This document shows positions 1 through 11,069 of a DNA stretch of 33,016 nucleotides, piece by piece. Below the pieces are notes generated by a model that saw nothing but the letters and a program-made list of their open reading frames with translations, did no database searches and had not been told where the DNA came from. The position numbers and the translations under genes were made by a program. Position 1 is the first letter of the stretch. Each line of letters begins with the position of its first letter. Source of the stretch: Chiloscyllium plagiosum (Eukaryota); NCBI RefSeq assembly GCF_004010195.1, contig NW_025215374.1:62912-95927 (forward strand), written 5' to 3'.

Positions 1-717
1 AAATGCCTTTTAAATGTTGCATTTGTAACAGCATTCACAACCTCCTGTGGCAGTTCATTCCACATATGCACGCTCCTCTGTGTGAAAAAGCGGCTCCTGT
101 GGTTATTTTAAAACAAAATCTTTCCCCTCTCACCTGAAATCCATGCTCTCTCATTTTGGTGAAAAGATCTTGGTTATTCACCCTTTATATGCCCCTCATG
201 TTCCAAGTAAAATCACCCAACCTACTCACCCTCTCCCTGTAGTCAACTCCTAGCAACATACTTGCAAAACTTTTCTGACTCCCTTCAGGATTCACAATAT
301 CTTTCCAATATATGGGAGAGCAGAATTGAATGCGGTACTCCAAAAGTGGCGAACCAATGTGCTGTACAGCAGCAACATGACCTCCCAATTCATTTAGCCA
401 AAGCACTGACCAACAAAGGCAAGCATACCAAATGCCTTCTACACTATTCTGTCTAACTGTAATTCAATTTTCAAGGAAATATGAACCTGCAATCCGAGGT
501 CTCTTTGTTCTGCAACACTCCCCAGGACCTTTCCATTAAGTGCTCTGATTTGCATTTCCAAAATTCAGCACCTCACATTTTTCTAGATTAAGCACTATTT
601 TCCACTACTCTGCCCAACAGCCCACCTGATCATGATCCCATTGTACTGAGACGTAAACCTTCCTTGTTGTCCACTACACCATCAATTTTGGTATCATTTG
701 CAAACTTACCAACTACA
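1..717 (-). mobile_element. Old CR1-clade LINE, 3' part of ORF2 (RT C-terminus); segment 1 of 3
   Basis: The minus strand gives LEYRIQFCSP (cf. CR1 LEYCVQFWSP) and a decayed FADD motif (aagtttgcaaatgatac, KFANDT) near 700. It has many stops and resumes at 1857. Confidence 0.85.
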
Positions 718-1856
718 AGTTGATGAGGGTCGAGTGGTGGATGTTGTGTATGTGGCCTTCAGCATGGCATTTGATAAGTTTCCCCATGGAAGGCTCTTTC
801 AGATAGTCAGGAGGAATGGGATAAAGGAAGATTTAGCTGTCTGGATACAACATTGGCTGGTCGACAGAAGACTTTCCAATGGCAGTGGAAAGAAGTCTTA
901 GTAATTTTTATTAATGACATGGATGAGGAGATTGAAGGATGGGTCAGCAAGTTTGCAGACGGTACAAGGGTTAGAGGTGTCGTTGACAGTATAGAGGACT
1001 GTTGTAGACTGCAGCGTGACATTGACAGGATGCAGGGATGGGTGGAGATGTGGCAGGTGGAGTTCAACCTGGATAAATGCGAAGTGATGCATTTTGGAAG
1101 GTCGAACTTGAAAGTTGAGTACATGATTAAAGACAGGATTCTTGGTAGTTTGGAGTAACAGCGGGATCTTGGTGTGCAAGTACACAGATCCCTTAAAATT
1201 GCCACCTAAGTTGACAGGGTTGTTAAGAGAGCATATGGTGTTTTGGGTTTCATTAACAGGGGGATTGCCTTTAAAAGTCATGAGATCTTGTTGCCGCTCT
1301 ATAAAACTTTGGTTAGACAGCACTTGGAATACTGTGTCCAGTTCTGGTCGCCCTATTATAGAAAAGATGTGGATGCTTTGGAGAAGGTTCAGAGGATGTT
1401 TACCAGGATGCTGCCTGGAATGGAGGGCTTATCTTACGAAGAGAGTTTGACTGAGCTCAGAATGTTTTCATTGGAAAAAAGAAGGAAGAAACGGGAATAA
1501 ATTGAGTCGTGCAAGATAATGTGAGGCATAGATAGATTTGATAGCCAGATACTTTTTTACAGGGCAGAAATTGTTAACACGAGGGGTCATAGTTTTAAGT
1601 TGTTTCGCGGAAAGTATGGCGAGGATGTCATAGGCAGGTTCTTTCTGCAGAGACTTGTGACAGCATGGAATGCGTTGCCAGCAACAGTTGTGGAAACGTT
1701 GTCATTGGGGATAGTTAAGGAACTACTAAACATGCATATGGTCACAGAAATTTGAGGTTTACCTTACACAAGGATCGATGGTCGGCACAACATCGTGAGC
1801 TGAAGGGCCTGTTCTGTGCTGTACTGTTCTATATTCTATGTCTATGTTCTATGTTC
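718..1856 (+). mobile_element. 5'-truncated CR1/HER1-like LINE nested in the older CR1
   Basis: ORF pieces VDEGRVVDVVY..FDKFPHGRL, WVSKFADGT, WQVEFNLDKCEVMHFG and LEYCVQFWSPYY. The 3' tail is gggcctgttctgtgctgtactgttctat followed by tatgttc-like repeats. It has frameshifts and an internal deletion near 895 that removes the GVPQGSVLGP motif. Confidence 0.93.
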
Positions 1857-2840
1857 TCTCGCTGCTGTGTTCACATCCAACTGTTTTATATAAATAATGA
1901 AAAGCAGTGGACCCAGCACCGATTCTTGTAGCAACTAGTGGTTAAAGGCCTCCAGTTCGAAATGCAGTCCTCCACCATCACCCTCTGTCTCCTACATTCG
2001 AGCCAATTTTGTATCCACATGGCTAGTTCTCCCATTATTCCATGTGAACTAATCTTGTTAACCTGTCTAACACGCGGAAAGTTGTCAAATGCCTGACTGA
2101 AGTCCATATCGGCAACATACACCTCTCTACCTCAATGAATCCTCATGGTCACTTCTTCAAAAAAAGACTCAGTAAATTTAGTGAGACACAATTTCCAATG
2201 CTTAAAGCGATGTCGACCATCCCTTATCAATCCTAGCATTTCAAAGTGTATGCAAACTTTGTGCCTCATAATCCTCTACCAATTTTCCCACCACTGACGT
2301 CAGGCTCACCGGCTTTTCTTTACCACCCTTCTATCATTTTTGAAATAATGGAAAAGGTTAGCAACCTCCTATTGTTCAGCAGTCATGATGCAAATACCTC
2401 AGCAATAGGCCCAGCAATCACTTCCCTCGCCTCCCATATAGTTCCCGAATACACCTGATCAGGACCTGGGGTATTTTTCAACCTTTACATGCTTTACGAA
2501 CTCAAGAATCTCCTCCTCTGTAATGCAGACAATTTCAAGATGTCACTGTTTATTTCCGACGTTCCCTAGCTTCCATATCCTTCTGCACATAAACGCTGAT
2601 GCAAAATGCTTGTTTAGTACAGACTCAATCTCCTGTGGTTCTGCATATCGGCAGACTTGCTGATCATGAATTAGCCCGAAGATCTCTTGAATTACACTTT
2701 TGTTTTTAATGTACTTGTAGAGTCCCTTTGTATTCTCCTTAACCCTAATTACCAAATCTATTTCATGTCCCCTTTATGGCCTCCTGATCTCCCTCTTAAG
2801 TGTACCCCTACTGGCTTTAGACTCTTCTAGAGATTCACTT
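1857..2840 (-). mobile_element. Old CR1-clade LINE, RT N-terminal half; segment 2 of 3
   Basis: Minus ORFs DMDFSQAFDNFP..WIQNWLECRRQRVMVE (1886-2122) and KENTKGLYKYIKNK (2543-2755). The segment is colinear with 1-717. Confidence 0.88.
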
Positions 2841-3455
2841 TAAATCTGGAATTACAAGGCTGATTTATTTTTCTTTTTTTTCTCTTTTTTTCTTTTTTTC
2901 CGTCACCAAATCACCTTTTGTTTCTACATGCACGGTATATGGCAGTGACCCACGTTAGCTCAGAGCCGGCTCCTATTGTGAACAGAGTCCCTGATGCTTC
3001 TGTTTATTTTTTTTATTTTTTTTTCTTTATTTTTTTTCTTCTTATTTCTTTTTTCCCCACACTACCACCTAAGTGCGGTAGTGCTTATTTTGTGTGTGTG
3101 TGTGCAGGTGTGAGACAGTGAAAAACACAAAGTGCACAAATAAAATCTTTATTCAAATTCCACCACCAGGAAGATAGGAAAACACCCGGGTGGTCAGTGA
3201 CAAACACTGCCCTTCACATCAAAGGGCAATGCTGTGATTACAAGGCTGATGGCGATGATGAATCCACTTTTGATTGGTGGATTCACTGATGTCCTTGATG
3301 GAAGCAAACTGCCATACCTACCTGGTCTGGGTCGTTGTGACTCCAGACCAACAACAATGTGTGTGACTTAACTACCCTCTGGGCAATTAGCGATCGGCAG
3401 CACATGTAGGTCCAACCAGCGATACGCTCATCCCGTGAATGAATACTGAAAAAAA
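2841..3455 (+). mobile_element. 3' part of a Deu-domain (SacSINE1/AmnSINE-like) SINE, interrupted at 2865-3236
   Basis: cctggtctgggtcgttgtgactccagacc..ctctgggcaattagcgat..catcccgtgaatgaat plus an A tail. It is the reverse-complement homologue of 15905-16239. Confidence 0.7.
2865..3236 (-). mobile_element. Young, heavily 5'-truncated L1/Tx1-type 3' end with two poly(A) tracts and a 14-bp TSD
   Basis: Exact direct repeat attacaaggctgat at 2851-2864 and 3237-3250. T-rich tracts at ~2864-2899 and ~3003-3054, minus-strand AATAAA at 3148-3153, and a hairpin cactacc/ggtagtg at 3060-3083. Confidence 0.8.
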
Positions 3456-3855
3456 TCTCAATTCCTGCTATCTTTTACTGACATATGTTTCCCTCTTATC
3501 CGTGTCCAGGGTCTCACTTTCTCTAGTCCTCCAGCATTTCTTACTCCTACCAGCCTTATGCTTCACCCTAACAGAGACATAGTGTCTCTGTCTACTTCAC
3601 ATCTCATTTTTTGTTGGCCTCGTATCTGCGAATATCTGTCCTAATCCACTTTGGGGGAAGTTCTTGCCTAATAACATCAAAATTGGCCTTCCTACAAATT
3701 AGAATGTTAACTTTTACATCCAGTTCATCCTTTTCCATCTCTGTTTTCAAAGTAATGAAATTATGACTACTAACCGCAAACTTCTTCCCCAGCGATACCT
3801 CAGTCACCTGCCCTGCCTTATTTCCCAAGGATAGTTCACGTTTAGCTCCTTCTCT
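3456..3855 (-). mobile_element. Old CR1-clade LINE, endonuclease C-terminus/linker; segment 3 of 3
   Basis: Minus ORF 3604-3828 reads GNKAGQVTEVSLGKKFAVSSHNFI..RKANFDVIRQEL, matching the CR1 ORF2 SDH/KANF region. Confidence 0.8.
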
Positions 3856-4181
3856 GTGATGGAGAGTATTGACTAAGCACCTGCAGCTTTGTAACTGTGA
3901 GTGGTATCAGCAGGGTGTTCGCCACATTGATGTGAATCGAACAATAATTTGGCTCAGTGAAATTTTCATTGAGAGAGACAGAGGTATCGTCTGCACAAGG
4001 CCGATCTAGTTTCCTGGTGCTATCTTATCAAACACACTTGATTAACCATCTACCGCACGCCACGGTGCCTCTTTGTTGAATGTCAGGCCGCTTCTCAGAC
4101 TGGTCGTGGCTCGAGGTCCCCATCGTCGCCCGGATGCCCCTGGATATTCCGTGATCCCTGGCACTGGTTTCATCTTTAACA

Positions 4182-4470
4182 GGCACTGCTGCCTCACAGT
4201 GCCTGAGACCCGGGTTCAATTCCCGCCTCAGGCGACTGACTGTGTGAAGTTTGCACGTTCTCTCGGTGCCTGTGTAGGTTTCCTCCGGGTACTCCGGTTT
4301 CCTCCCACAGTCCAAAGATGTGCAGGTCAGGTGAATTGGCCATGCTAAATTGCCCGTAGTGTGAGGTAAGGGGTAAATGTAGGGGTATGGGTGGATTGCA
4401 CTTCGGCGGGTCGGTGTGGACTTGTTGGGCCGGAGGGCCTGTTTCCACGCTGCAATCTAATCTAATCTAA
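4182..4470 (+). mobile_element. HE1-type V-SINE, slightly 5'-truncated
   Basis: B box ggttcaattcc, V domain tgtgtgaagtttgcacgttctc..ggtttcctcccacagtccaaaga, LINE-like 3' end gggcctgtttccac and a (taatc)n tail. Highly similar to 29361-29673. Confidence 0.92.
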
Positions 4471-4621
4471 AAGGCCAATGGGCACACGGTTGAGCTTTCC
4501 CAGTCTGGAGCTGCCCTATGCAGTTTAATCCGAGCATGGCAGATAAGAGGCAATTATACCACGGTTTGTCGACAGGTGCACGGAGATCCTGGTAGATGGG
4601 CTAGTACAGAGGAGGGCCATT

Positions 4622-4738
4622 NNNNNNNNNNNNNNNNNNNNNNNNNNNNNNNNNNNNNNNNNNNNNNNNNNNNNNNNNNNNNNNNNNNNNNNNNNNNNNN
4701 NNNNNNNNNNNNNNNNNNNNNNNNNNNNNNNNNNNNNN
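4622..4738. other. Assembly gap (117 N)
   Basis: Run of N characters. Confidence 1.
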
Positions 4739-5339
4739 CCCCACCTCATCTCCATTATAGCTCCCACACTAATAACATGGCATGGATACAACACTGTCGA
4801 CTGGCTCCCATCGGAACCCTCACCATTCGCCCCTACCTACACTAGCACTAACAGCAGGGCCACCCACTCCCACCCTCCCAACCTTTCCGCCTTTCTCCCA
4901 TTCCAGGAGAAACAGCCTGGAAAAGGACAGAATGGGCCAAGTCGGATGGTTTGAGTGCCTGACAGCCGTTCCCTCACCTCCCTGGTACGAGCCGGTGAGG
5001 ACCGGGACGCCTCGTATGGAGATTCTGAAACGTCCACGTCCCACCAACCGAGTAAGGCGCAATGTTCGGTGCAGGACAATTCTCACTTTAAACCCACTGT
5101 CAGTTCCATTTCTCCGATACAACTTAGAAGCCGTGGCCCTGATGCCATTTCCCTTTTGTGTCGAGATGGTACAAATGGGATACCCCACAGCCTCGGTGAA
5201 CAGGACGGTGGGCTCACCAACACATCATCACCACCACCTCCCAGGAAGGGAGCATGGAGGCTCCCTCCTACACCTCCTCCCATAATCAGCTCAGATACTG
5301 AAACTAATCTGCGATATTATCTGCCCTCACAAGTTGTAT

Positions 5340-5610
5340 TGAAATCCTCAATAATTTCTCCTCATACACACCGAAAGCCCTCTGCTCCTGCACCCCCTTT
5401 ATAACGGTACAGACCATTTTATATTGTCTTCCAATGTCCTTCCTTCCAAAGTGCATCACCTCACACTGCCCTTCACTGATCGTCATATGCTGCATACCTG
5501 AACACTACACCAACATGTCGGTGCCCTGTTGTTGTTGCACTGCGACCTCGACACACTTTACAATTCTTCCAGGTTTGGTGACATCAACAGGCATCGAAGT
5601 TGTCGTAGAG
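5340..5610 (-). mobile_element. Highly decayed CR1/L2 RT fragment
   Basis: Minus ORF 5304-5495 contains QCEVMHFGRKD..KGVQEQRAFGV. Confidence 0.65.
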
Positions 5611-5636
5611 TCACGCTCCACTCAATATAACTGAAA

Positions 5637-5830
5637 GAGATTGTGTTGCTGGAAAAGCACAGCAAGTCAGGTAGCATCCGAGGAACAGGAGAATCGAGAT
5701 TACAGGCATAAGTACTTCATCAGGCTTATGCCTGAAATGCCGATTCACCTGCTCTTCAGATGCTGCCTGACCTGCTGTGCTTTTCCCGCACGACACTCGC
5801 GATATTGATCTCCAGCATCTGCGGTCCTTA
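5637..5830. mobile_element. Short foldback element derived from Penelope-like terminal sequence
   Basis: Inverted arms 5643-5712 (gtgttgctggaaaagcacagcaagtcaggtagcatcc..caggcataag) and 5725-5796 (cttatgcctg..gatgctgcctgacctgctgtgcttttcc). Same family as 17007-17131 and 29813-29935. Confidence 0.75.
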
Positions 5831-6071
5831 GTTTCGCCTGCAAAAAAACTGAAATACTGACAGATTCTCTGATGTGATCAAGGAGCACACTGATACCAAA
5901 GGAGAATCAGAAATATCAACACACATTCCACAGACCCAGAGAAACAAAAATGACATGCTGCAAACAGAGAAATAGAAATAATATGCACACCATGCAAAGA
6001 AGGTGAAATAGTGAGAATTCGCCACAGAGAAAGAGAAATATCGACTGATGCCCCATGTTTGTCTCTTGCCA

Positions 6072-6388
6072 GTGTGTTGTGTGTGTGTGTGCATGTGTGT
6101 GTTTGTGTGTGTGTCCAATGATTTGTACGTCTGCATCTGTGTGTATGTATTACTGTGTGTATTAGTGTGTGTGTATCTCTGTGTGGGACTGGTCTGGTGG
6201 TTTTCCGTTGCCGAAAGCGATGGAATTCCACTCTCTGCTTGCCTCTCCACTCCATTGTTCAGACAGTGGCGGATGGTCTGGAATTCCGTCAGAGAGAGAG
6301 GGAGGGAGGGCAGCAGGTCACAGCATAATGCAAACCCACAGCAGTATCAACAAGAAGACAGAGACACACACACACACACACACACACA
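6072..6388. repeat. Degenerate (TG)n region (6072-6185) and (CA)n microsatellite (6364-6388)
   Basis: Dinucleotide runs are directly visible. Confidence 0.9.
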
Positions 6389-6692
6389 AGACTAGTGTGG
6401 AGAGGATTGCAATTGTACTGGGGCTCATATGGAGAAATGTCTGTGCTCCGTCTACAATGTAGACTGAATTTGGGCAGTATTTCTGACAAATAGTGTACAT
6501 ATTAAGGAGTGTTTCCACAGCAGCTGTCTTCAGACATCTCTAAGTGAACCATTGTGGAAGGAGATGAGATCATTTGATTGCACGTTCTGGTACTTGCATT
6601 TTATTTGCTCTACCTTCTGACAAATGGTAAGCGAGAATGCATTTTCAATAACCCAATGGCGCCAACAGGTTAACGCTAGACATGTCCACCTC

Positions 6693-7833
6693 CATTTGAT
6701 AAGGTTCCCCATAGTAGGGTCATACATAAGGTGAGGAAGTATGGGAGACAGGGGGATTTGGCTATCTGGATTCAGAATTGGTTGGCTGACAGAAGGCAGA
6801 GAGTGGTTGTAGATGAAAAGTATTCTGCCCGGAGGTCAATGTTGAGTGGGGTCCCGCACAGCTCTGTTCTTGGGCCTCTGCTCTTTGTAATTTTGAAAAA
6901 TGACTTGGAAGAGGACATTGAGGGGTGGGTTAGTAAAGTTGCAGATGACACAAAGGTTAGAGGTACCATCGATAGTATCGAGGGCTATTGCAGGCTGCAG
7001 CGGGACACAGACAGGATGCAGAGTTGGGCTGATAAATGGCAGATGGAGTTCAACATGAGATAAATACGAAGTGATGCATTTTGGAGGGTCGAACTCAAAT
7101 GCTGAATATAGTATTAAAGGCAGGATACTTGAAAGTCTGGAGGAACAGAGCGATCTGGATGTGCAAATACATAGATTCCTCAAAGTTGCCACCCAAGTGG
7201 ATAGTTTTGTTAAGAAAGCATATGGTGTTTTGGCTTTCATTAATAGGGTGATCGAGTTTAAGAGTCTCGGGGTTTTGCTACAGCTCTACAAGTCCCTGGT
7301 GAAACCACACTTGGAATATTGTGTCCAGTTCTGGTCACCCTACTGTAGGAACGATATAGTGGGTTTGGTAGGGTGCAAAGAAGGTTTACCAGGATGCTGT
7401 CTGGACTAGAGGGCTTGCCTTATAAAGAAACGTTGAAAAAGCTCGAACTTTTCTCTCTTGAGAGAAGGAGGACGAGAGGAGACCTGATCGAGATAACGAG
7501 AGGAATAGATAGAGTCAATAGCCAGATAATTTTACCCACAGGGCAGAATTTACGGGTACGAGAGGTCATAGTTTGAAGATATTGGAGAAATGTACAGAGG
7601 AGACGTCAGAAGTAGGTTCTTTATGCAGAGAGTTGCGAATTCATGGAATGCGTTGCCAGCGATGGTGGTGGAAGAAGTGTCATTGGGGACATGTAAGCAA
7701 CTGCTGGACATGCACATGGAGAGCAGTGAGTTGAGGGGTGCGGCGTTGAGATTAAGTTATTATATTTTACATTAGGATTTAACTCGGCACAAAGGGCCTG
7801 TTCTGTCTGTACTGTTCTATGTTGTACATTCTC
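6693..7833 (+). mobile_element. 5'-truncated CR1/HER1-like LINE, closely related to 718-1856
   Basis: WIQNWLADRRQRVVV..SGVPHSSVLGPLLF..VADDTK, LEYCVQFWSPY, RFFMQRVANSWNALP and a tail gggcctgttctgtctgtactgttctatg. Contains stops and frameshifts. Confidence 0.93.
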
Positions 7834-7964
7834 TAATGTCTCAGGGACAAGATTTCAAATGGTCACACAAACTCCACTCTATTGCCAAGCTATTCTTTCA
7901 AGCACGACACAGCCGCACAATGTGTGCGATTGACAGTCATTGATGCATTCTCAAACAAACACTG

Positions 7965-8172
7965 AGGTCTCAACTTTTCTCCTGCAATCCAAAGATGTTC
8001 AGGGTAGGTAGATTGGCCATGCTAAGTTGCCCATAATGCCCTGGAATATGCAGGCTAGCATTGGTTAACCATAGAAAATGCAGGGTTACAGTGATGGGAA
8101 CGATTGTGGGACACTCCATGGCGGGTTGGTGTGATAAAGATGGCCTGAATTCCACACTGAAGGGATTCTGTT
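7965..8172 (+). mobile_element. Old V-SINE (HE1-related) 3' fragment
   Basis: tccaaagatgttcagggtaggtagattggccatgctaagttgccc matches the HE1 core at 4311-4356. It ends tggcctgaattccacactg. Confidence 0.7.
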
Positions 8173-8803
8173 AAACCTGCTGCTTGCACAGTGGTGTTAG
8201 TGAACCAGCAGATGGTGACATTACATCATTTTTAAACACACATGGGAACGAGGCATTATCCCCCTTTTCAATTAATCCACTCTCCCCAAAACAAGAGAGA
8301 ACCCAATTCACAGTGTTACTGATCAGATCAGAACTCTCAAAAGAGACGAAGAAGTTAGCCTGAACTTTAACGCTTTCTTATTTTAAAGGTAAATGTAAGT
8401 GTTATGTTTCAGATACAATTCAATTGATCAAACTAATTGTAGTTACACAAAACGCAATTTATTTGAACACCAAATTTAAAATATGATCAAAGAAAGATGA
8501 ACGTGGAATAACTTAACTCTATTGGAAAACTTAGCAAAACTTAGTAAAATATTTTACTAATTAACAGTAACTGTTCCAAATATGGAACATCCCAGAAATA
8601 CACCCTGGGCACAAACATTCAGAAAAACAAATTGTCTCACATGCAACTCCTGCAACCCAGAAGGGAAAATTCAGAGAAAGTAGTAGCCAGCGACATGTAG
8701 CAGAACTTCCAACCAGTTGATATCCCGGCTACAACTGCTGAAAGTTACACAGTTAAAAATCACACAACACCAAGTTATAGACTAACAGGTTTAATTGGAA
8801 GCA

Positions 8804-8838
8804 GACTAGCTTTCGGAGTGACGGTCCTTCATCAGGTG
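8804..8838 (-). ncRNA. Minimal type I hammerhead ribozyme motif (Penelope-type), core intact
   Basis: Minus strand reads cac-CTGATGA-agga ccgtcac tcc-GAA-AGCT-A-gtc. This has the CUGANGA and GAAA boxes, stem II gga/tcc, a palindromic AGCU in place of stem III, and one mismatch in stem I. Confidence 0.75.
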
Positions 8839-10678
8839 ATAGTCGAGGACACAAGTCTAAGGCACAGAATTTACAGCAAAATTTTACAATGTGATGTAAC
8901 TGAAATTATACATTGAAAAATACCTTGATTTTCTACTGAATCTTTCATCTGTTGGAATACCATGATAGTTTCACTACTTTCATGTGTAAATCACAAAACC
9001 TTTTTTTAAAAGTTGCATTCTCAGGTTGGCTGTAACAATGGACGTTACCTTGACAATATGTTGAAGGTGTTATCCCCCTGTGTTCTCTGTCTATGCCATG
9101 ATGTTTAGATTGTTTCTATTCTAAGAAGTGAGAAAACAGAGTTTTGCATGAATTCATGCCTTTTTTGAGCAAAGTACAATGTAACTCTGCAAGTACAAAT
9201 TCACCCCACAAAATATATGTGTGCACGTGTGTCATTGTCTGACTGTGTGTGTCTGGGGTCGGGGGATAGTGAGTGTCTGTGAGAGGGAGTTTATATGTGT
9301 GCGCATGAGTGTGGCGTGGTATAAGTCTCTGAGAGGATGCCTGTGTGGGTGTAGGAGTGTGTGTGTCTGTAAGGGTGTATGTGAGTGTCTGTGTGCGTGT
9401 CTGTGTATATGTGTGTCCGTGTGTATGTGTGTGTATAGAAGTGCCTGTGTGTGTATGTATAGTGCAATAGTGGTCACTTGTAATGTGACATGAACCCAGC
9501 GTCCCGGTTGAGGTCCTCCCTATGGGTACCGAACTTAGCTATCAGCCTCTGCTCGGCCACTTTTCGCTGCTGCCTGTCCTGAAGTCCGCCTTGGATGATG
9601 GTCACCCGAAATCCGAGGTCGAAAGTCCTGGACCACTGAAGTGTTCCCCAACTGGGAGGGAACACTCCTGTCTGTTGATAGTTGTGCAGTGGCAATTCAT
9701 CCATTGTCGTAGCCTTCGTTCGGTTTTATCATTGTACTATGCCACCGGGCATCCTTGCCTGCATACAACCCTGTCACGGTAGGCACTGCAAAATGTGTCA
9801 GATTGTGGACATAGATACCATCATTACACGTGGGGATTCCTCCCACCTTGTACGTGGCAGGTACTCGTGTGAGCCATCCAACGTTATCTATCTTATACGT
9901 TGCAGGCAAGGATGCCCTGAGGCATGTTACATTAGGGAAAACGGATGAATGGGCACCACACAACAATCAACAGACAGGAGTGTTCCCACTCAGTTGGGGA
10001 ACACTTCAGTGGTCCAGGACATTCGACCTCGGACCTTCCGGTGACCATCCTCCAAGGCGGACTTCGGGACAAGCAGCAGCGAAAGGTGGCAGAGCAGAGA
10101 CTGATAGCTAAGTTCGGTACCCATAGGGCGGGCCTCAACAGGGACTTTGGGTACATATCACATTACAGGTGATCACCATTGCACTATACACACACACAGG
10201 TACTCCCACACACACACACACACGCAGGCACTTCTATACACACACGTAGACACAGCCACACATATACACAGACATGCACACACACCCTTCCAGACGCACT
10301 CACTCCTATACCCACACAGTCATCCTCTCAGAGACCTAAACCACTCTACACTCATGCACTCACATATACACTCTCTCTCACAGACACTCACAACCTCCCA
10401 CCCCAGACACGCAAACACAGACAGACAAAGACCCACATGCACACATATATTTTGTGGTGTGAATTTGAACTTGCAGAGTTACATTGTAATTTGTTCAAAA
10501 ACTGCATGAATAAAAACGTTTTGTGATTTACCCATGAAAGAAGTGAAGCAATCATGGTATTCGAACAGATGAAAGACTTAGTAGACAATCAAGGTATTTT
10601 TCAATGTATAATTTCAGTTACATTACACTGCAAATGTTTGCTATAAATGCTGTGCCTTAGAATTGTGTCCTCCACTAT

Positions 10679-10713
10679 CACCTAATGAAGGAATCGCGCT
10701 CCGAAAGCTAGTG
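10679..10713 (+). ncRNA. Minimal hammerhead motif with a core mutation
   Basis: cac-CTAATGA-agga atcgcgc tcc-GAA-AGCT-A-gtg. Stem I cac/gtg is intact, but CUGAUGA has become CUAAUGA. Confidence 0.7.
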
Positions 10714-11069
10714 TGCTCCCAATTAAACCGGTTGGACTATAACCTGGTGCTGTGTGATTTTTAACTTTGTACACCCCTGTCTTCAAATCAAGAAAACTAC
10801 AGAGTATTCACGCTGGTTCTATCAGACCTTGACTGTACTCATTGAGGCTGCTTCTTTTGTTCAAGTTTTTTAAAACAACAACGTCTCACGAACAACATAT
10901 TTTAGTTGCTCTGGAAGATTGCTGGGTGGCTTTGCCTGAAAACCTAACTTTAAAAAAGAGGACGGCAAAATAAATCCTTAAACCTACAACAGACATATGC
11001 ACGAACAGACATAAAGACAGTCATATATGAACAAACATGCAAACATAGACACGATAATGTCTTTCACAT

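Larger units (their letters stand above)
8746..10790. mobile_element. Penelope-like element remnant arranged as a ~2 kb inverted duplication (GIY-YIG endonuclease C-terminus plus 3' UTR/pLTR)
   Basis: The plus strand has CHGRHCKMC..RYSCEPSNVIYLIRCRQGCPEACYI and MNGHHTTINRQ..VGEHFSGPGH..AEQRLIAKFGTH..GLNRD. The same C-terminus lies on the minus strand at 9474-9704. Arms are ~8746-9763 and ~9901-10771, each containing a CA-rich tract. Confidence 0.92.
8314..10991. mobile_element. Possible solo-LTR-like element split by the Penelope insertion
   Basis: Begins tgttac (8314) and ends acaaca (10991), with AT-rich non-coding sequence at 8314-8745 and 10790-10991. No convincing TSD (cacag vs gacat). 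Confidence 0.3.

Noticed and set aside
5828..6518. His/Thr- or Cys/Val-rich ORFs (also at 9221-9493 and 10147-10526)
   Set aside because: These are translations of (CA)n/(TG)n microsatellite-like DNA.
718..7833. Active reverse transcriptase genes
   Set aside because: All CR1 copies are truncated, with stops, frameshifts and altered FADD motifs (FADG, VADD, FAND).
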